Source: Eubacteriales bacterium (GTDB lineage: Bacteria; Bacillota; Clostridia; Christensenellales; CAG-138). Taken from it: a stretch of 64,000 nucleotides of DNA. Location: positions 13,773 to 77,772 of the forward strand of contig JAQUTY010000004.1 in assembly GCA_028694155.1 (NCBI GenBank), read 5' to 3'. Below are positions 19,034-27,993 of the stretch, one piece after another (position 1 is the first letter of the stretch; each line of letters begins with the position of its first letter). The translations under genes and the position numbers were made by a program. The notes below the pieces were generated by a model. The model had not been told where the DNA came from and ran no database searches. It saw only the letters and a list, made by a program, of their open reading frames with translations.

Positions 19034-20314
19034 CTAGTCTTGACTCACACGCTCAATCTTTGCGCCAAGGGCATTAAACTTATGCTCAAGGTGCTCATAG
19101 CCACGATCGGTGTACTCGATGTTGCGCACTATGGTAGAACCTGAGGCGGCAAGACCGGCAACTATTAGGGATGCGCCTGCACGAAGGTCGGTAGCCGATA
19201 TGTCCGCACCATGCAGCGTCTCAACGCCGCGAACCTTTGCAGTACGTTTGGAAATAGAGATTGCTGCTCCCATTCGGCGCAGCTCCTTGACGTGGTTGAA
19301 GCGGTTCTCAAAAATATTTTCCTGAATAACCGAAGTGCCTTGTGCGGTACACAGATAAGCCATCATGGGCTGTTGAAGGTCGGTGGGGAAACCGGGGTAG
19401 ACCATAGTTTTGATATTTACGCTGCGTGGACGCTCGTTCATGGTGACACGGAGGTAGTATTCTCGACCGTCATCGCCCTCAATGACACGCGCACCACTTT
19501 CCATGAGCTTTGCAGAGATTGCTTCCATGTGGGTTGGAATTACGTTTTTAATCACAACATCGCCACGAGTTGCAGCGGCGGCAATCATGTAAGTTCCTGT
19601 CTCAATCTGGTCCGGTATGACCGCATAGTTGCAGCCATGCAGCTTTTGCTTGCCCTGGATACGGATAACGTCAGTACCTGCGCCACGAATGGACGCACCC
19701 ATCATGTTCAAAAAGTTTGCAACGTCAACAACGTGCGGCTCTTTTGCCACGTTTTGAAGGATAGTCTGACCCTCCGCCTTGCAGGCTGCAAGCATCACGT
19801 TTATGGTAGCACCCACGGATACAACGTCAAAAAATATCTCTGCGCCCCTAAGTCTGGTCGCCTGCGCACGAACAACGTTGCGTGACTCGTCCATATATAC
19901 CTTTGCGCCAAGGGCACGCATACCCTTGATGTGTTGATCTATGGGACGCTGACCGATGACACACCCTCCCGGAAGGGCTAGCTCAACCTCGCCATAGCTT
20001 CCGAGCATGGCACCAAGCAGATAGCTTGAGGCACGCATAGAACTGACCTCCTTAAAGGTCACGTCACTGGTGTTGATACCTCTAGGGTCAATTTTCAGAC
20101 AGTCGCCCCGTGTGAACTCAACGTCACAACCGAGCATACTAAATATTGTTTTTAGACTTTGAACATCCTGTATGTGCGGCAGATTTTCAAGGACGCAGCA
20201 TTCACCTGCCAAAATCGCAGCAGGGATAATTGCAACTGCGGCGTTCTTTGCGCCGCTGATGGATACCGTTCCTTCAAGTCTCTGTCCACCTTGGATGGTG
20301 TAGTATTGTTTCAT
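19034..20314 (-). CDS. murA: UDP-N-acetylglucosamine 1-carboxyvinyltransferase
   Basis: MKQYYTIQGGQRLEGTVSISGAKNAAVAIIPAAILA. Active-site region LPGGCVIGQRPIDQHIKG. Full-length MurA; SD AAAGAGGT upstream. Confidence 0.93.
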   Translation of the reverse strand: MKQYYTIQGGQRLEGTVSISGAKNAAVAIIPAAILAGECCVLENLPHIQDVQSLKTIFSMLGCDVEFTRGDCLKIDPRGINTSDVTFKEVSSMRASSYLLGAMLGSYGEVELALPGGCVIGQRPIDQHIKGMRALGAKVYMDESRNVVRAQATRLRGAEIFFDVVSVGATINVMLAACKAEGQTILQNVAKEPHVVDVANFLNMMGASIRGAGTDVIRIQGKQKLHGCNYAVIPDQIETGTYMIAAAATRGDVVIKNVIPTHMEAISAKLMESGARVIEGDDGREYYLRVTMNERPRSVNIKTMVYPGFPTDLQQPMMAYLCTAQGTSVIQENIFENRFNHVKELRRMGAAISISKRTAKVRGVETLHGADISATDLRAGASLIVAGLAASGSTIVRNIEYTDRGYEHLEHKFNALGAKIERVSQD

Positions 20315-20366
20315 TCATACCTCTTTATCTTACTATACCAAAAAATCTTGCACTCGTCAAATACTA

Positions 20367-21200
20367 TTAAAGACCGTTTTTGGAATAAAGCTCCGTAAGA
20401 ACGCCGTCCGCTGACCAATCCAACAGAAGCTCATCAATTAAATCAATGAGGACTTTGTTGTCCGAGGTCGATACTGCATAATAGTTGAGGGTACCCACAC
20501 GGGTGGCGTGATACGTCCATGACGGTTCACGGAAGGTTTCGGCAACGGAGAGGGGCATACAGAGCGCATCGACCCTACCTGCACGAAAGAGAACCAGCAT
20601 ATCGTAGTATGCGGCGGAGGGGACGATAATTATTTCCGACTCAATATCCTCTTCAAATTTTTTCAGCAGAGTATGGGCAGGAGTTCCGTTTAGTACAGCT
20701 ACCTGCATTTCAATAAAAGATGCGTTGCTGTCCCTTGTCAAAAGTACGCATGGCTCGGAATAGAATGGACGCTTGCAGGTAGAATAGCCCTTTTGCTCAA
20801 TGGCATCAATGCTCATAAGGGCAAGATCTATGGTATCATCCTCAAACGCCATCAAAACGGTGTGCCTGTCAAGCTCAACAAAGGAAACGCAGTCGTCCGC
20901 ATTGAATATTGTCTGTCCCAACAGCTTTACAAGGTCGTCCTCGTAGCCCGTGCCGTCAACGTTAAGCCCGACACGATTTGTGTCAATTCCCACACGAAGC
21001 GTTCGAGAAGAACGCAGAACATCCAGTTCAGGACTGTTAAGAAGCGAGCTTGACGATTCGTTGAGCATTATCAACAGGGCAAGAACCAACAAAATGATGG
21101 CTATCACAAGGATGAGCTTTACAGGCAGCTTTTCCTGCCAATCGCTAATCCGCTGTCTGCGCTGACCCTTGGGTAATTTTTTGTTGATTTTTGTTTCCAT
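20367..21200 (-). CDS. Membrane-anchored solute-binding (family 3, amino-acid type) domain protein
   Basis: N-terminal TM LILVIAIILLVLALLIML, then LRVGIDTNRVGLNVDGTGYEDDLVKLLG, typical of SBP_bac_3-like domains. Confidence 0.5.
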   Translation of the reverse strand: METKINKKLPKGQRRQRISDWQEKLPVKLILVIAIILLVLALLIMLNESSSSLLNSPELDVLRSSRTLRVGIDTNRVGLNVDGTGYEDDLVKLLGQTIFNADDCVSFVELDRHTVLMAFEDDTIDLALMSIDAIEQKGYSTCKRPFYSEPCVLLTRDSNASFIEMQVAVLNGTPAHTLLKKFEEDIESEIIIVPSAAYYDMLVLFRAGRVDALCMPLSVAETFREPSWTYHATRVGTLNYYAVSTSDNKVLIDLIDELLLDWSADGVLTELYSKNGL

Positions 21201-21296
21201 TGCTAAAGTATATCATAAAGATGGAGCAACATCAACTTTTACGCTTTACTTAACACAAAAAATGGAGTAAAATGATTGCAAACGAAAGGAGCAGAT

Positions 21297-21956
21297 ATGA
21301 AACTCATTGCATTCGATCTTGATGGTACGCTGTGCGATACCATTGTAGATATTACCGATTCCCTCAATCGTGCGCTGGAGGGGCGCAAGTATCCGACCTT
21401 CACGGTAGAAGAAGTCAAGGGCATGGTGGGCAAATCCATCGTGTATATGTGCCAACGTGCAATGCCAAAAGGGCATGAGAACGATTGGGAGCCGGTCAAG
21501 GACGACTATTATCAGGACTACTCAAGGCATCTTGTTGATGCAACAAGACCGTATGAGGGCATAGTGGAGGTCGTGACCGAGCTTAAAAAGAGGGGATACA
21601 CCTTAGCGGTGGTGACAAACAAGCCACACGCACACGCAGTGGCAATCGTGTGCGATCTGTTCCGCCACCATGGCGACGATTTTTCAGCAGTTCAAGGACA
21701 GGCGAGCAAGTTTGTCAACAAGCCCGATCCCGAAACGATGAACTTTGTGCTGACAAATCTGAATATAGACGCAAAAGACACCATCTATGTGGGCGACTCC
21801 GACACTGATGTTATATTTGCACACAACTCAAACATGCCCTGCATAGGTGCTGCTTGGGGTTACAGGGGTGAAAAAGCACTTTGTCTGGCAGGCGCAGATT
21901 ATATTGCGCACAAGCCGAGCGACATTCTTGACATCATTGACAGCATAGAAAAATAG
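21297..21956 (+). CDS. HAD-family hydrolase (phosphoglycolate phosphatase-like)
   Basis: AAAGGAG (21285-21291) before ATG 21297; the listed start 21276 is an upstream TTG. MKLIAFDLDGTLCDT (motif I), VVTNKP (motif II), YVGDSDTDV (motif IV). Confidence 0.8.
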   Translation: MKLIAFDLDGTLCDTIVDITDSLNRALEGRKYPTFTVEEVKGMVGKSIVYMCQRAMPKGHENDWEPVKDDYYQDYSRHLVDATRPYEGIVEVVTELKKRGYTLAVVTNKPHAHAVAIVCDLFRHHGDDFSAVQGQASKFVNKPDPETMNFVLTNLNIDAKDTIYVGDSDTDVIFAHNSNMPCIGAAWGYRGEKALCLAGADYIAHKPSDILDIIDSIEK

Positions 21957-21970
21957 ATTCCAAAGAATAT

Positions 21971-22006
21971 AGCTCTCGTTCATTTTCTGAACGGGAGCTT
22001 TTTTGC
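21971..22006 (+). terminator. Rho-independent terminator of the HAD gene
   Basis: AGCTCTCGTTCA (21971-21982), loop TTTTC, TGAACGGGAGCT (21988-21999), then TTTTTT. Confidence 0.8.
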
Positions 22007-22055
22007 GCCATACCAATGAATAATATATATTATGCTGAGCAAATGCCTTGCGTTT

Positions 22056-22092
22056 GACAAAAGAGAGCCGCCCGCTTGGTTGCGGATGGCTC
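22056..22092 (-). terminator. Rho-independent terminator of ygeW
   Basis: Minus strand reads GAGCCATCCGC-AACCAA-GCGGGCGGCTC followed by TCTTTTGTC. Confidence 0.6.
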
Positions 22093-22154
22093 ACTTTGTT
22101 GCTCATTTTCGGGTTCTACCCCAACTATTGACATAGAACTATTATATTGTGTTA

Positions 22155-23372
22155 TTACTCGCCCTGATGACGCAGCTTGCCTTCTTTTTCGAGCTTCTTG
22201 AGCGTCTCCTGCGGATTTTTGACCTTTGCAAGGAAAATCATTGCAGCAATGATGTAGGGCTTGAAAGATGCCTGCTTGTACAGCGGATCACGATAACGGT
22301 CAAACACGGTTGCGGCCACTTCGCCTGCGTCACAACTGACATCGGTGATGTCGGCGGGCAAGCAATGGAGATACAGAGCCTTGCCGTCACGGGTAAGCTT
22401 CATCATATCTTCGGTGCATTCCCAGTCCTTATGCTCGGCGTTCTGCGCAAGGAGTTTCTTTTCAAGAGCCTTGATGCCGTCCAAATCGCCCTTGCCGTAC
22501 AGTTCGGTGCGCTCTTCCATTGCCTTGAAGGGAGCCCATGACTTCGGATAAACGATGTCGGCGTCCTTAAATGCTTCCGCCATGTCGTTGGTGATGCTGA
22601 ATTTTGCGCCACTCTTTTGGCAGTTTGCCTTTGCAACCTCGGCAACCTCGTCCATAATTTCATAACCCTGGGGATATGCCAGAGTGACGTCCATGCCAAA
22701 ACGGGTGAACAGACCCACAACGCCCTGAGGAACTGACAGGGGCTTGCCATAGGAGGGGCTGTATGCCCAAGTCATGGCGACCTTCTTACCCTTGAGGTTT
22801 GCAATGGCTGTATCCAAATCATCGCTTCCGCCAAGCTCGTGGATGCAGTGGAGCATATCTGCCATGCACTGTGTGGGGTGGTCGATGTCGCACTGGAGGT
22901 TGACCAAAGTGGGCTTCTGCTCCAACACGCCGTCACGATTGCCTGCGGTCACGGCATCTACAACATTGTGCATATAGGTGTTGCCCTTGCCAATGTACAT
23001 ATCATCACGAATGCCTATAGCGTCTGCCATGAAGGAAATCATGTTGGCTGTTTCACGCACGGTTTCGCCATGTGCAATCTGGCTCTTGCCCTCATCCAGA
23101 TCCTGAACCTCAAGACCCAACAGGTTGCAAGCGGAGGCAAAGGAGAAACGGGTACGGGTGGAGTTGTCACGGAACAGGGAGATACCAAGACCGCTGTCGA
23201 AAATCTTTGTGGAGATGTTGTTCTCACGGAGGTGGCGAAGTGCATCGGCTACTGTGAAGACTGCTGCAATCTCATCGTCCGTCTTTTCCCATGTGAGGAA
23301 AAAGTCGCCGTTGTACATCTTGTCGAAGTTGAGCTTATCCAGCTTGTTTGTGTATTTTTTTACGTTGCTCAT
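22155..23372 (-). CDS. ygeW: Knotted carbamoyltransferase YgeW
   Basis: Long identity blocks with E. coli YgeW as I remember it: FLLTWE.T.DE, NISTK.F.SGLGIS.FRDNSTRTRFS.AS..NLLGL..QDLDEGKSQIAHGETVRETANMISF.ADAIGIRDDMY, LVNLQCDIDHPTQ.MAD. Confidence 0.88.
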   Translation of the reverse strand: MSNVKKYTNKLDKLNFDKMYNGDFFLTWEKTDDEIAAVFTVADALRHLRENNISTKIFDSGLGISLFRDNSTRTRFSFASACNLLGLEVQDLDEGKSQIAHGETVRETANMISFMADAIGIRDDMYIGKGNTYMHNVVDAVTAGNRDGVLEQKPTLVNLQCDIDHPTQCMADMLHCIHELGGSDDLDTAIANLKGKKVAMTWAYSPSYGKPLSVPQGVVGLFTRFGMDVTLAYPQGYEIMDEVAEVAKANCQKSGAKFSITNDMAEAFKDADIVYPKSWAPFKAMEERTELYGKGDLDGIKALEKKLLAQNAEHKDWECTEDMMKLTRDGKALYLHCLPADITDVSCDAGEVAATVFDRYRDPLYKQASFKPYIIAAMIFLAKVKNPQETLKKLEKEGKLRHQGE

Positions 23373-23387
23373 GATATATCTCCTTAA

Positions 23388-24695
23388 TTATTTGTTTGTG
23401 TAGAGCATGGGTACTGCCGCATAGACGGCTGCGCAGCGAACGAGGTCTTCTTTCCATGTAATCTCGTTGGGCGCGTGTGCCTGAGACTCTGCGCCGGGGC
23501 CGAAGCCAACGCAGGGGATTCCATAGCGACCCTGAATGGATACGCCGTTTGTCGAGAAAGTCCACTTGTCAATCAGGGGACGATTGCGAAGGTGCATCGC
23601 CTCGGGGTTGCCCATGCGCTTTTCACCGTAGAGTGCCTTGTGTGCATCGGCAAGAGCCTTGACGTGAGGTGCGGATTCCTTGTTAATCCATGTGGGGAAG
23701 TAGCACTCCGTCTCGTATACTAGACCCGTCCATGCAGGACGATCATACATATACATGGAGACCTCGGCACCGTACTTTTTGCAGGCGGGAAGCGCACGAA
23801 TTTCATCAAGACAGGATTCCCAAGTCTCGCCGGCGGTCATGCGGCGGTCGAGCGATACTGCACAGGAGTCCGCAACCGCACAACGGGAGGGGGAGGTGTA
23901 GAAAATCTGAGAGGTTGTGACGGTACCACGACCCAAGAAACGAGCGTCCTCATAATGATCGGGATTGTACTTGGGATCGAGCATCTTTACAAGACCCTTA
24001 ATCTCATCGGAATCGGTTGCGCTGTTCTCGTTGAGCGCACGGACTTCCTGAAGAATGTCCGCCATCTTGTAGATTGCGTTTTCGCCACGCTCGGGAGCCG
24101 AACCATGGCAGGAAATGCCACGAACATCGACACGAATTTCCATGCGGCCACGATGACCACGATAGATACCGCCGTCAGTAGGCTCGGTGGAGACAACAAA
24201 TTCGGGAGTGATGCCGTCCTCGTTGTGAATGTACTGCCAGCACAGTCCGTCACAATCCTCTTCCTGAACGGAGGCGACCACCAGTACGGTCACGTCCTCG
24301 GGAATGAGGTTCAAATCCTTCATAATCTTTGCGCCATAGACGGCGGAAACAACGCCGCCCTCCTGGTCGGAACCGCCACGACCGGCAATGACTTCATCTG
24401 TCTCATAGCCCTCGTAGGGATCGAACTTCCAGTTTGCAATGTTGCCAATGCCTACCGTGTCGATGTGTCCGTCAAAAGCGATGATGCGCTTGCCTGTACC
24501 CATGTAACCCAGAGCGTTGCCCTCGGGGTCAATCTCTGCCTTGTCAAAGCCCAGAGCCTTCATCTCCTCGATAGTTCTTTTTACCACGCCCTCTTCCTCG
24601 CAGCTCTCGGAGGGAATTGCGATTAAATCGCGCAGGAACTTGGTCATCTGCGGCAGATATGCCTCTGACGCCTTTTTAATTGCTTCAAAATCCAT
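23388..24695 (-). CDS. ygeY: YgeY-family M20 peptidase/hydrolase (selenium-metabolism-linked hydrolase family)
   Basis: GGAAAGGAAG precedes ATG 24695, 1 nt after the upstream stop; the listed start 24713 lies inside that gene. [34 protein letters not shown] and [10 protein letters not shown] fit an M20/ArgE-type fold and YgeY-like sequence. Confidence 0.78.
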   Translation of the reverse strand: MDFEAIKKASEAYLPQMTKFLRDLIAIPSESCEEEGVVKRTIEEMKALGFDKAEIDPEGNALGYMGTGKRIIAFDGHIDTVGIGNIANWKFDPYEGYETDEVIAGRGGSDQEGGVVSAVYGAKIMKDLNLIPEDVTVLVVASVQEEDCDGLCWQYIHNEDGITPEFVVSTEPTDGGIYRGHRGRMEIRVDVRGISCHGSAPERGENAIYKMADILQEVRALNENSATDSDEIKGLVKMLDPKYNPDHYEDARFLGRGTVTTSQIFYTSPSRCAVADSCAVSLDRRMTAGETWESCLDEIRALPACKKYGAEVSMYMYDRPAWTGLVYETECYFPTWINKESAPHVKALADAHKALYGEKRMGNPEAMHLRNRPLIDKWTFSTNGVSIQGRYGIPCVGFGPGAESQAHAPNEITWKEDLVRCAAVYAAVPMLYTNK

Positions 24696-24696
24696 T

Positions 24697-25341
24697 TTAT
24701 GCTTCCTTTCCATTTTCTATTTTTGCATCGATGTAAGAGTAAAGAGTATATTTGCTGATGCCAAAATATTTTGACACCTTATCGCCGCTTCTTGTTACTA
24801 AGAACGCGCCCTGCTGATTTAGAAACTGAATCGCCTTGATTTTATCGTCCTTGTTCATCAGCACTACGGGCTTGCCAACAATGGCGACCGACTGTTCAAT
24901 CAGATCGTCCAAAAGGTCATTGACATTCGTAGGAATACGTTCGGGTATGGAGGGTTCGACCTTATGATTAAGAATGGACTCAATCGCTTTTTCCGCCATG
25001 AGCATTTCCGTAATATCGTAGTTGATGCCAAAGATGCCCACCAGCCTGTGTTCATCGTCACGAATGTAGATGGTCGATGATTTCAAAATGCGCCCATCGT
25101 GCGTTTTTAGCAGATAGCCCGTCTCGTCCTTGAGACTGTCAGGATCCTTCTCTTGAAGTGCCTCCAAAACGATGCGTGAAGGGCCATCGCCAACCTGTCT
25201 GTGCGTGACGTGTCCGTTCTCAATAGCAATGATTGATTTATCGTGGTCGCCGCCTGTCAAATCGTGGACAACAACCTCACAGTTTTCACCAAACTGTGCC
25301 GCCAAAGATTGCGCTAAACGCTTGTAAAAAGCAAAATCCAT
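24697..25341 (-). CDS. YheO-like PAS-domain / HTH transcriptional regulator
   Basis: [20 protein letters not shown]...[18 protein letters not shown] (YheO-like PAS) and C-terminal [18 protein letters not shown] (HTH). Confidence 0.6.
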   Translation of the reverse strand: MDFAFYKRLAQSLAAQFGENCEVVVHDLTGGDHDKSIIAIENGHVTHRQVGDGPSRIVLEALQEKDPDSLKDETGYLLKTHDGRILKSSTIYIRDDEHRLVGIFGINYDITEMLMAEKAIESILNHKVEPSIPERIPTNVNDLLDDLIEQSVAIVGKPVVLMNKDDKIKAIQFLNQQGAFLVTRSGDKVSKYFGISKYTLYSYIDAKIENGKEA

Positions 25342-25448
25342 TTCACACCCTCATTTCACCTACAATATATCGCTTTTTTTACCAGAATACAAGGGATTTC
25401 AGAAAATATTTCAGAAAAGCTAAAATATTTTTTGTTTTCAAGTTATCC

Positions 25449-25477
25449 TTGAATTATTGGCAATAATAGGGTACAAT
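25449..25477 (+). promoter_or_regulatory. Putative sigma-A promoter of the DUF1292 gene
   Basis: TTGAAT (25449-25454), 17-nt spacer, TACAAT (25472-25477). Confidence 0.45.
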
Positions 25478-25507
25478 AATGATTAAATATGGAAAGGAGA
25501 TTATATC

Positions 25508-25837
25508 ATGGAAGAAGAAAGAGATTTGGTTACGTTTTCGGACGATGATGGCAACGAATTTGAACTTGAGGTAATAGATTATTTCGAGCATGAAGGACAG
25601 GAATATGCAGTCTTGGTAGACGCAGAACCCTGTGAGGACGAGGAGTGCGATTGCGACACCGAGGTCTACATCATGAAGATCGTTGTCAACGGCGAAATGG
25701 AAGAATTCCTGCCCGCCGATGAGGACAAGATGGACGAACTAATTAAGGTGGTCGAAGCTCGTTTTGACGATTGCGACTGCTGCGGCGATGATTGCGATCA
25801 CGATTGCGATTGCGGTTGCAACGACTGCAAAGAGTAA
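25508..25837 (+). CDS. DUF1292 domain protein with Cys/Asp-rich C-terminal tail
   Basis: SD AAAGGAGA upstream. LVTFSDDDGNEFELEVIDYFEHEGQEYAVLVD...VYIMKIV is the DUF1292 core. The tail is DDCDCCGDDCDHDCDCGCNDCKE. Confidence 0.7.
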   Translation: MEEERDLVTFSDDDGNEFELEVIDYFEHEGQEYAVLVDAEPCEDEECDCDTEVYIMKIVVNGEMEEFLPADEDKMDELIKVVEARFDDCDCCGDDCDHDCDCGCNDCKE

Positions 25838-25868
25838 TTACAGAGATATTTGATTACAAACCAAATAA

Positions 25869-25909
25869 GGCGAACGACCTAGAAAACATTTTAGGTCGCT
25901 CGCCTTTTG
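25869..25909 (+). terminator. Rho-independent terminator
   Basis: GGCGAACGACCTA (25869-25881), 9-nt loop, TTAGGTCGCTCGCC (25891-25904), TTTTGT. Also lies just downstream of the convergent small gene ending at 25930. Confidence 0.7.
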
Positions 25910-25929
25910 TGCGTAATGAAATATTTGCT

Positions 25930-26223
25930 TTATGGTTCGGTTGCTTCCCAACCCTTTTCAATGAAATAGTCTTGCCCTAAAGCATCGATTCTGTGTTCGA
26001 GCTTACAGATGAAGTCCACCGTGCGAGGCGAACTCGATTCGGATAAGTAGGTGCCCCTGCCTACTACTGAATAGAAAGCACCATTCTGCCGAACGTCAAT
26101 AATCTCAACCCTTCGATTACTTGAGTTTGAGCTTCGACGAGACATGCAGCCCATAACAATCGCCTGTGCTTCATTAACTGCATTAACGGCACGGGGATCA
26201 TTCTGCCAGTTATCATTTACCAT
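25930..26223 (-). CDS. Hypothetical 97-aa protein
   Basis: ORF with a GGGGG SD-like element about 6 nt before ATG 26223. No family recognised. Confidence 0.35.
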   Translation of the reverse strand: MVNDNWQNDPRAVNAVNEAQAIVMGCMSRRSSNSSNRRVEIIDVRQNGAFYSVVGRGTYLSESSSPRTVDFICKLEHRIDALGQDYFIEKGWEATEP

Positions 26224-26341
26224 ATTGCCCCCAAATAGTATAATTTATCTATATAGACCTATCCGATTAATGTATAGTATACAGATTTAAGCAAAGGTTG
26301 TCAAGAAACCAAGTATACTAATACGTTATATTTGTTGTACA

Positions 26342-27811
26342 TTATCTAATTAGTACAATCCTATCGCCATCGCACAACGGCTCTTTAATATCGGGGTTAA
26401 AGTCCATGATTACCGAGATTGGCACCAAAAACCGCTTGCCAATATCAAACAGAGTTTCACCACGATCTGCATAGTACAACAGTATCCCGCTTCCCACGTC
26501 ATCTGATGAGGTATGCCTAAGATCATCGACCACGTTGACAAAGCATTCCTTATAGCACTCGGCATTGAGAAGCAATGCAACCTGAGCCTCCATGAGCCTT
26601 CCGCTGCCCGACAGACGCACGTTGCCAACGGTGATGCAAGGAACGATTATATCGCAGTTACAGTCGAGTTCGAAGGAGAGAGGAAGCTCCTCAGTGAACG
26701 AGTGTATCAACCCACCATCGCATTGATAGACGGCGGTAAGCTGCAAAACCCCGTCAACAGACAGACCGTTTTCATCCCGATGCACCGCCGTGATGGCCGC
26801 CTGTGCCGTGCCGTAGAGGGGCATGTAGACCTCAGGAAGATGATTTGGCACGACAAGCTGTTCGCTTTGAATGAAGGAGCGTTGATGCGTGCAGCAAAAC
26901 TGTATGAACCTATGGCTGTGTGTCTCGGTGGCAAATGACCCGTCCAGATCATAAGCATCGCAAAGCAGAGTTGTCGTAGTTTTCAAAATACCATAGATAG
27001 AGACGGACAGGGTTGCGTCTATCTCCAGTAGACCCTCCGCCGAATCGACCGAGCGCACCACAAGCTGTGTTACCGATACGGTGGAGTGCCGTTCGGCTGA
27101 CAGTTCGCTTTGCACGATGTCGTTGAAGGGGAAGCTGAGAACTTGCTTTTTGAGCCCGCCATCGTCACAGATGAGCAACAACTCCAAAGCGAGCGTGCCG
27201 CTAACGGCGGTACCGTCCTTGGTTGGGGCAGTCTCGGTCAGCTCCGCCGCCCCACGAGCGAACAGCAGATTGCTGCTTGAGGGGATTTGCGCCTCCTCAC
27301 GGAGCTTGATTGATTTTGCGCCCAGCAGCACACGCTTGGAGAATGTAAGCTCCGTCTGCTTCTGCTGCAGGTTTTTGTCGCCAACAAGAGATGCAATCGC
27401 CTCAACAACCTCATTTCGCATCACAACCGCAGTTAGCGTGATGGATGCAACCAACCGTAGTCCGCCCTCATCGGCGGTACATCGGCACGAGAATAGCTGC
27501 GCCGTGACGTGTGCCTGCATACCGTTTTCCAGCGCAGCGTCCGCAATTCGGTGCGTGTAGTCCGCCACGGCTTCAAATGCGAACAGTCCGCCGTCGTCAC
27601 CCTCAACGACCAGAGCAAGCGCAATAGCACCGGCAACGTCAACACCGCCGGCAAGGCATACGGCGGTTTGAACGTTCACGTCTGCTCGGGTAGACAAAAC
27701 CTTTTTCGCACTTTTACCCTGCGGCAACGGGAGTGCGCTTTCGATGCGCGTTTGGGCATAGTAGGTGCCCACATAGCAATCCATGTTCAAAGTCGTTTTC
27801 TGTATATCCAT
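26342..27811 (-). CDS. DUF3794 (SPOCS) + C-terminal LysM protein, SipL-like sporulation protein
   Basis: C-terminal LysM (YYADRGETLFDIGKRFLVPISVIMDFNPDIKEPLCDGDRIVLI). The repetitive beta-rich body resembles DUF3794 proteins such as clostridial SipL. Confidence 0.5.
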   Translation of the reverse strand: MDIQKTTLNMDCYVGTYYAQTRIESALPLPQGKSAKKVLSTRADVNVQTAVCLAGGVDVAGAIALALVVEGDDGGLFAFEAVADYTHRIADAALENGMQAHVTAQLFSCRCTADEGGLRLVASITLTAVVMRNEVVEAIASLVGDKNLQQKQTELTFSKRVLLGAKSIKLREEAQIPSSSNLLFARGAAELTETAPTKDGTAVSGTLALELLLICDDGGLKKQVLSFPFNDIVQSELSAERHSTVSVTQLVVRSVDSAEGLLEIDATLSVSIYGILKTTTTLLCDAYDLDGSFATETHSHRFIQFCCTHQRSFIQSEQLVVPNHLPEVYMPLYGTAQAAITAVHRDENGLSVDGVLQLTAVYQCDGGLIHSFTEELPLSFELDCNCDIIVPCITVGNVRLSGSGRLMEAQVALLLNAECYKECFVNVVDDLRHTSSDDVGSGILLYYADRGETLFDIGKRFLVPISVIMDFNPDIKEPLCDGDRIVLIR

Positions 27812-27919
27812 CTTGTAGCCTCCTTGGCATTATTTCATAACAACTTATGCAGCCGTCAGGCCTCATAGAATATGTATAAATACGCAAAAAATATATTTGT
27901 TTTGAGAGCTTGTCAACGG

Positions 27920-27947
27920 TTGACTAAAGCTATAAAAGTGATATGAT
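27920..27947 (+). promoter_or_regulatory. Putative sigma-A promoter of gdhA
   Basis: TTGACT (27920-27925), 16-nt spacer, TGaTATGAT (27939-27947). Confidence 0.4.
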
Positions 27948-27993
27948 GAATAAAGGCAGATATGCCAAATTTGAAGTTTTGTTCGGAGGAAAT

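Noticed and set aside
25395-25440. Two AAAATATTT(T) palindromic motifs in the yheO-like/DUF1292 divergent region, considered as a possible operator
   Set aside because: They are pure A/T sequence of low complexity in an AT-rich spacer, so chance occurrence is too likely to support a call.
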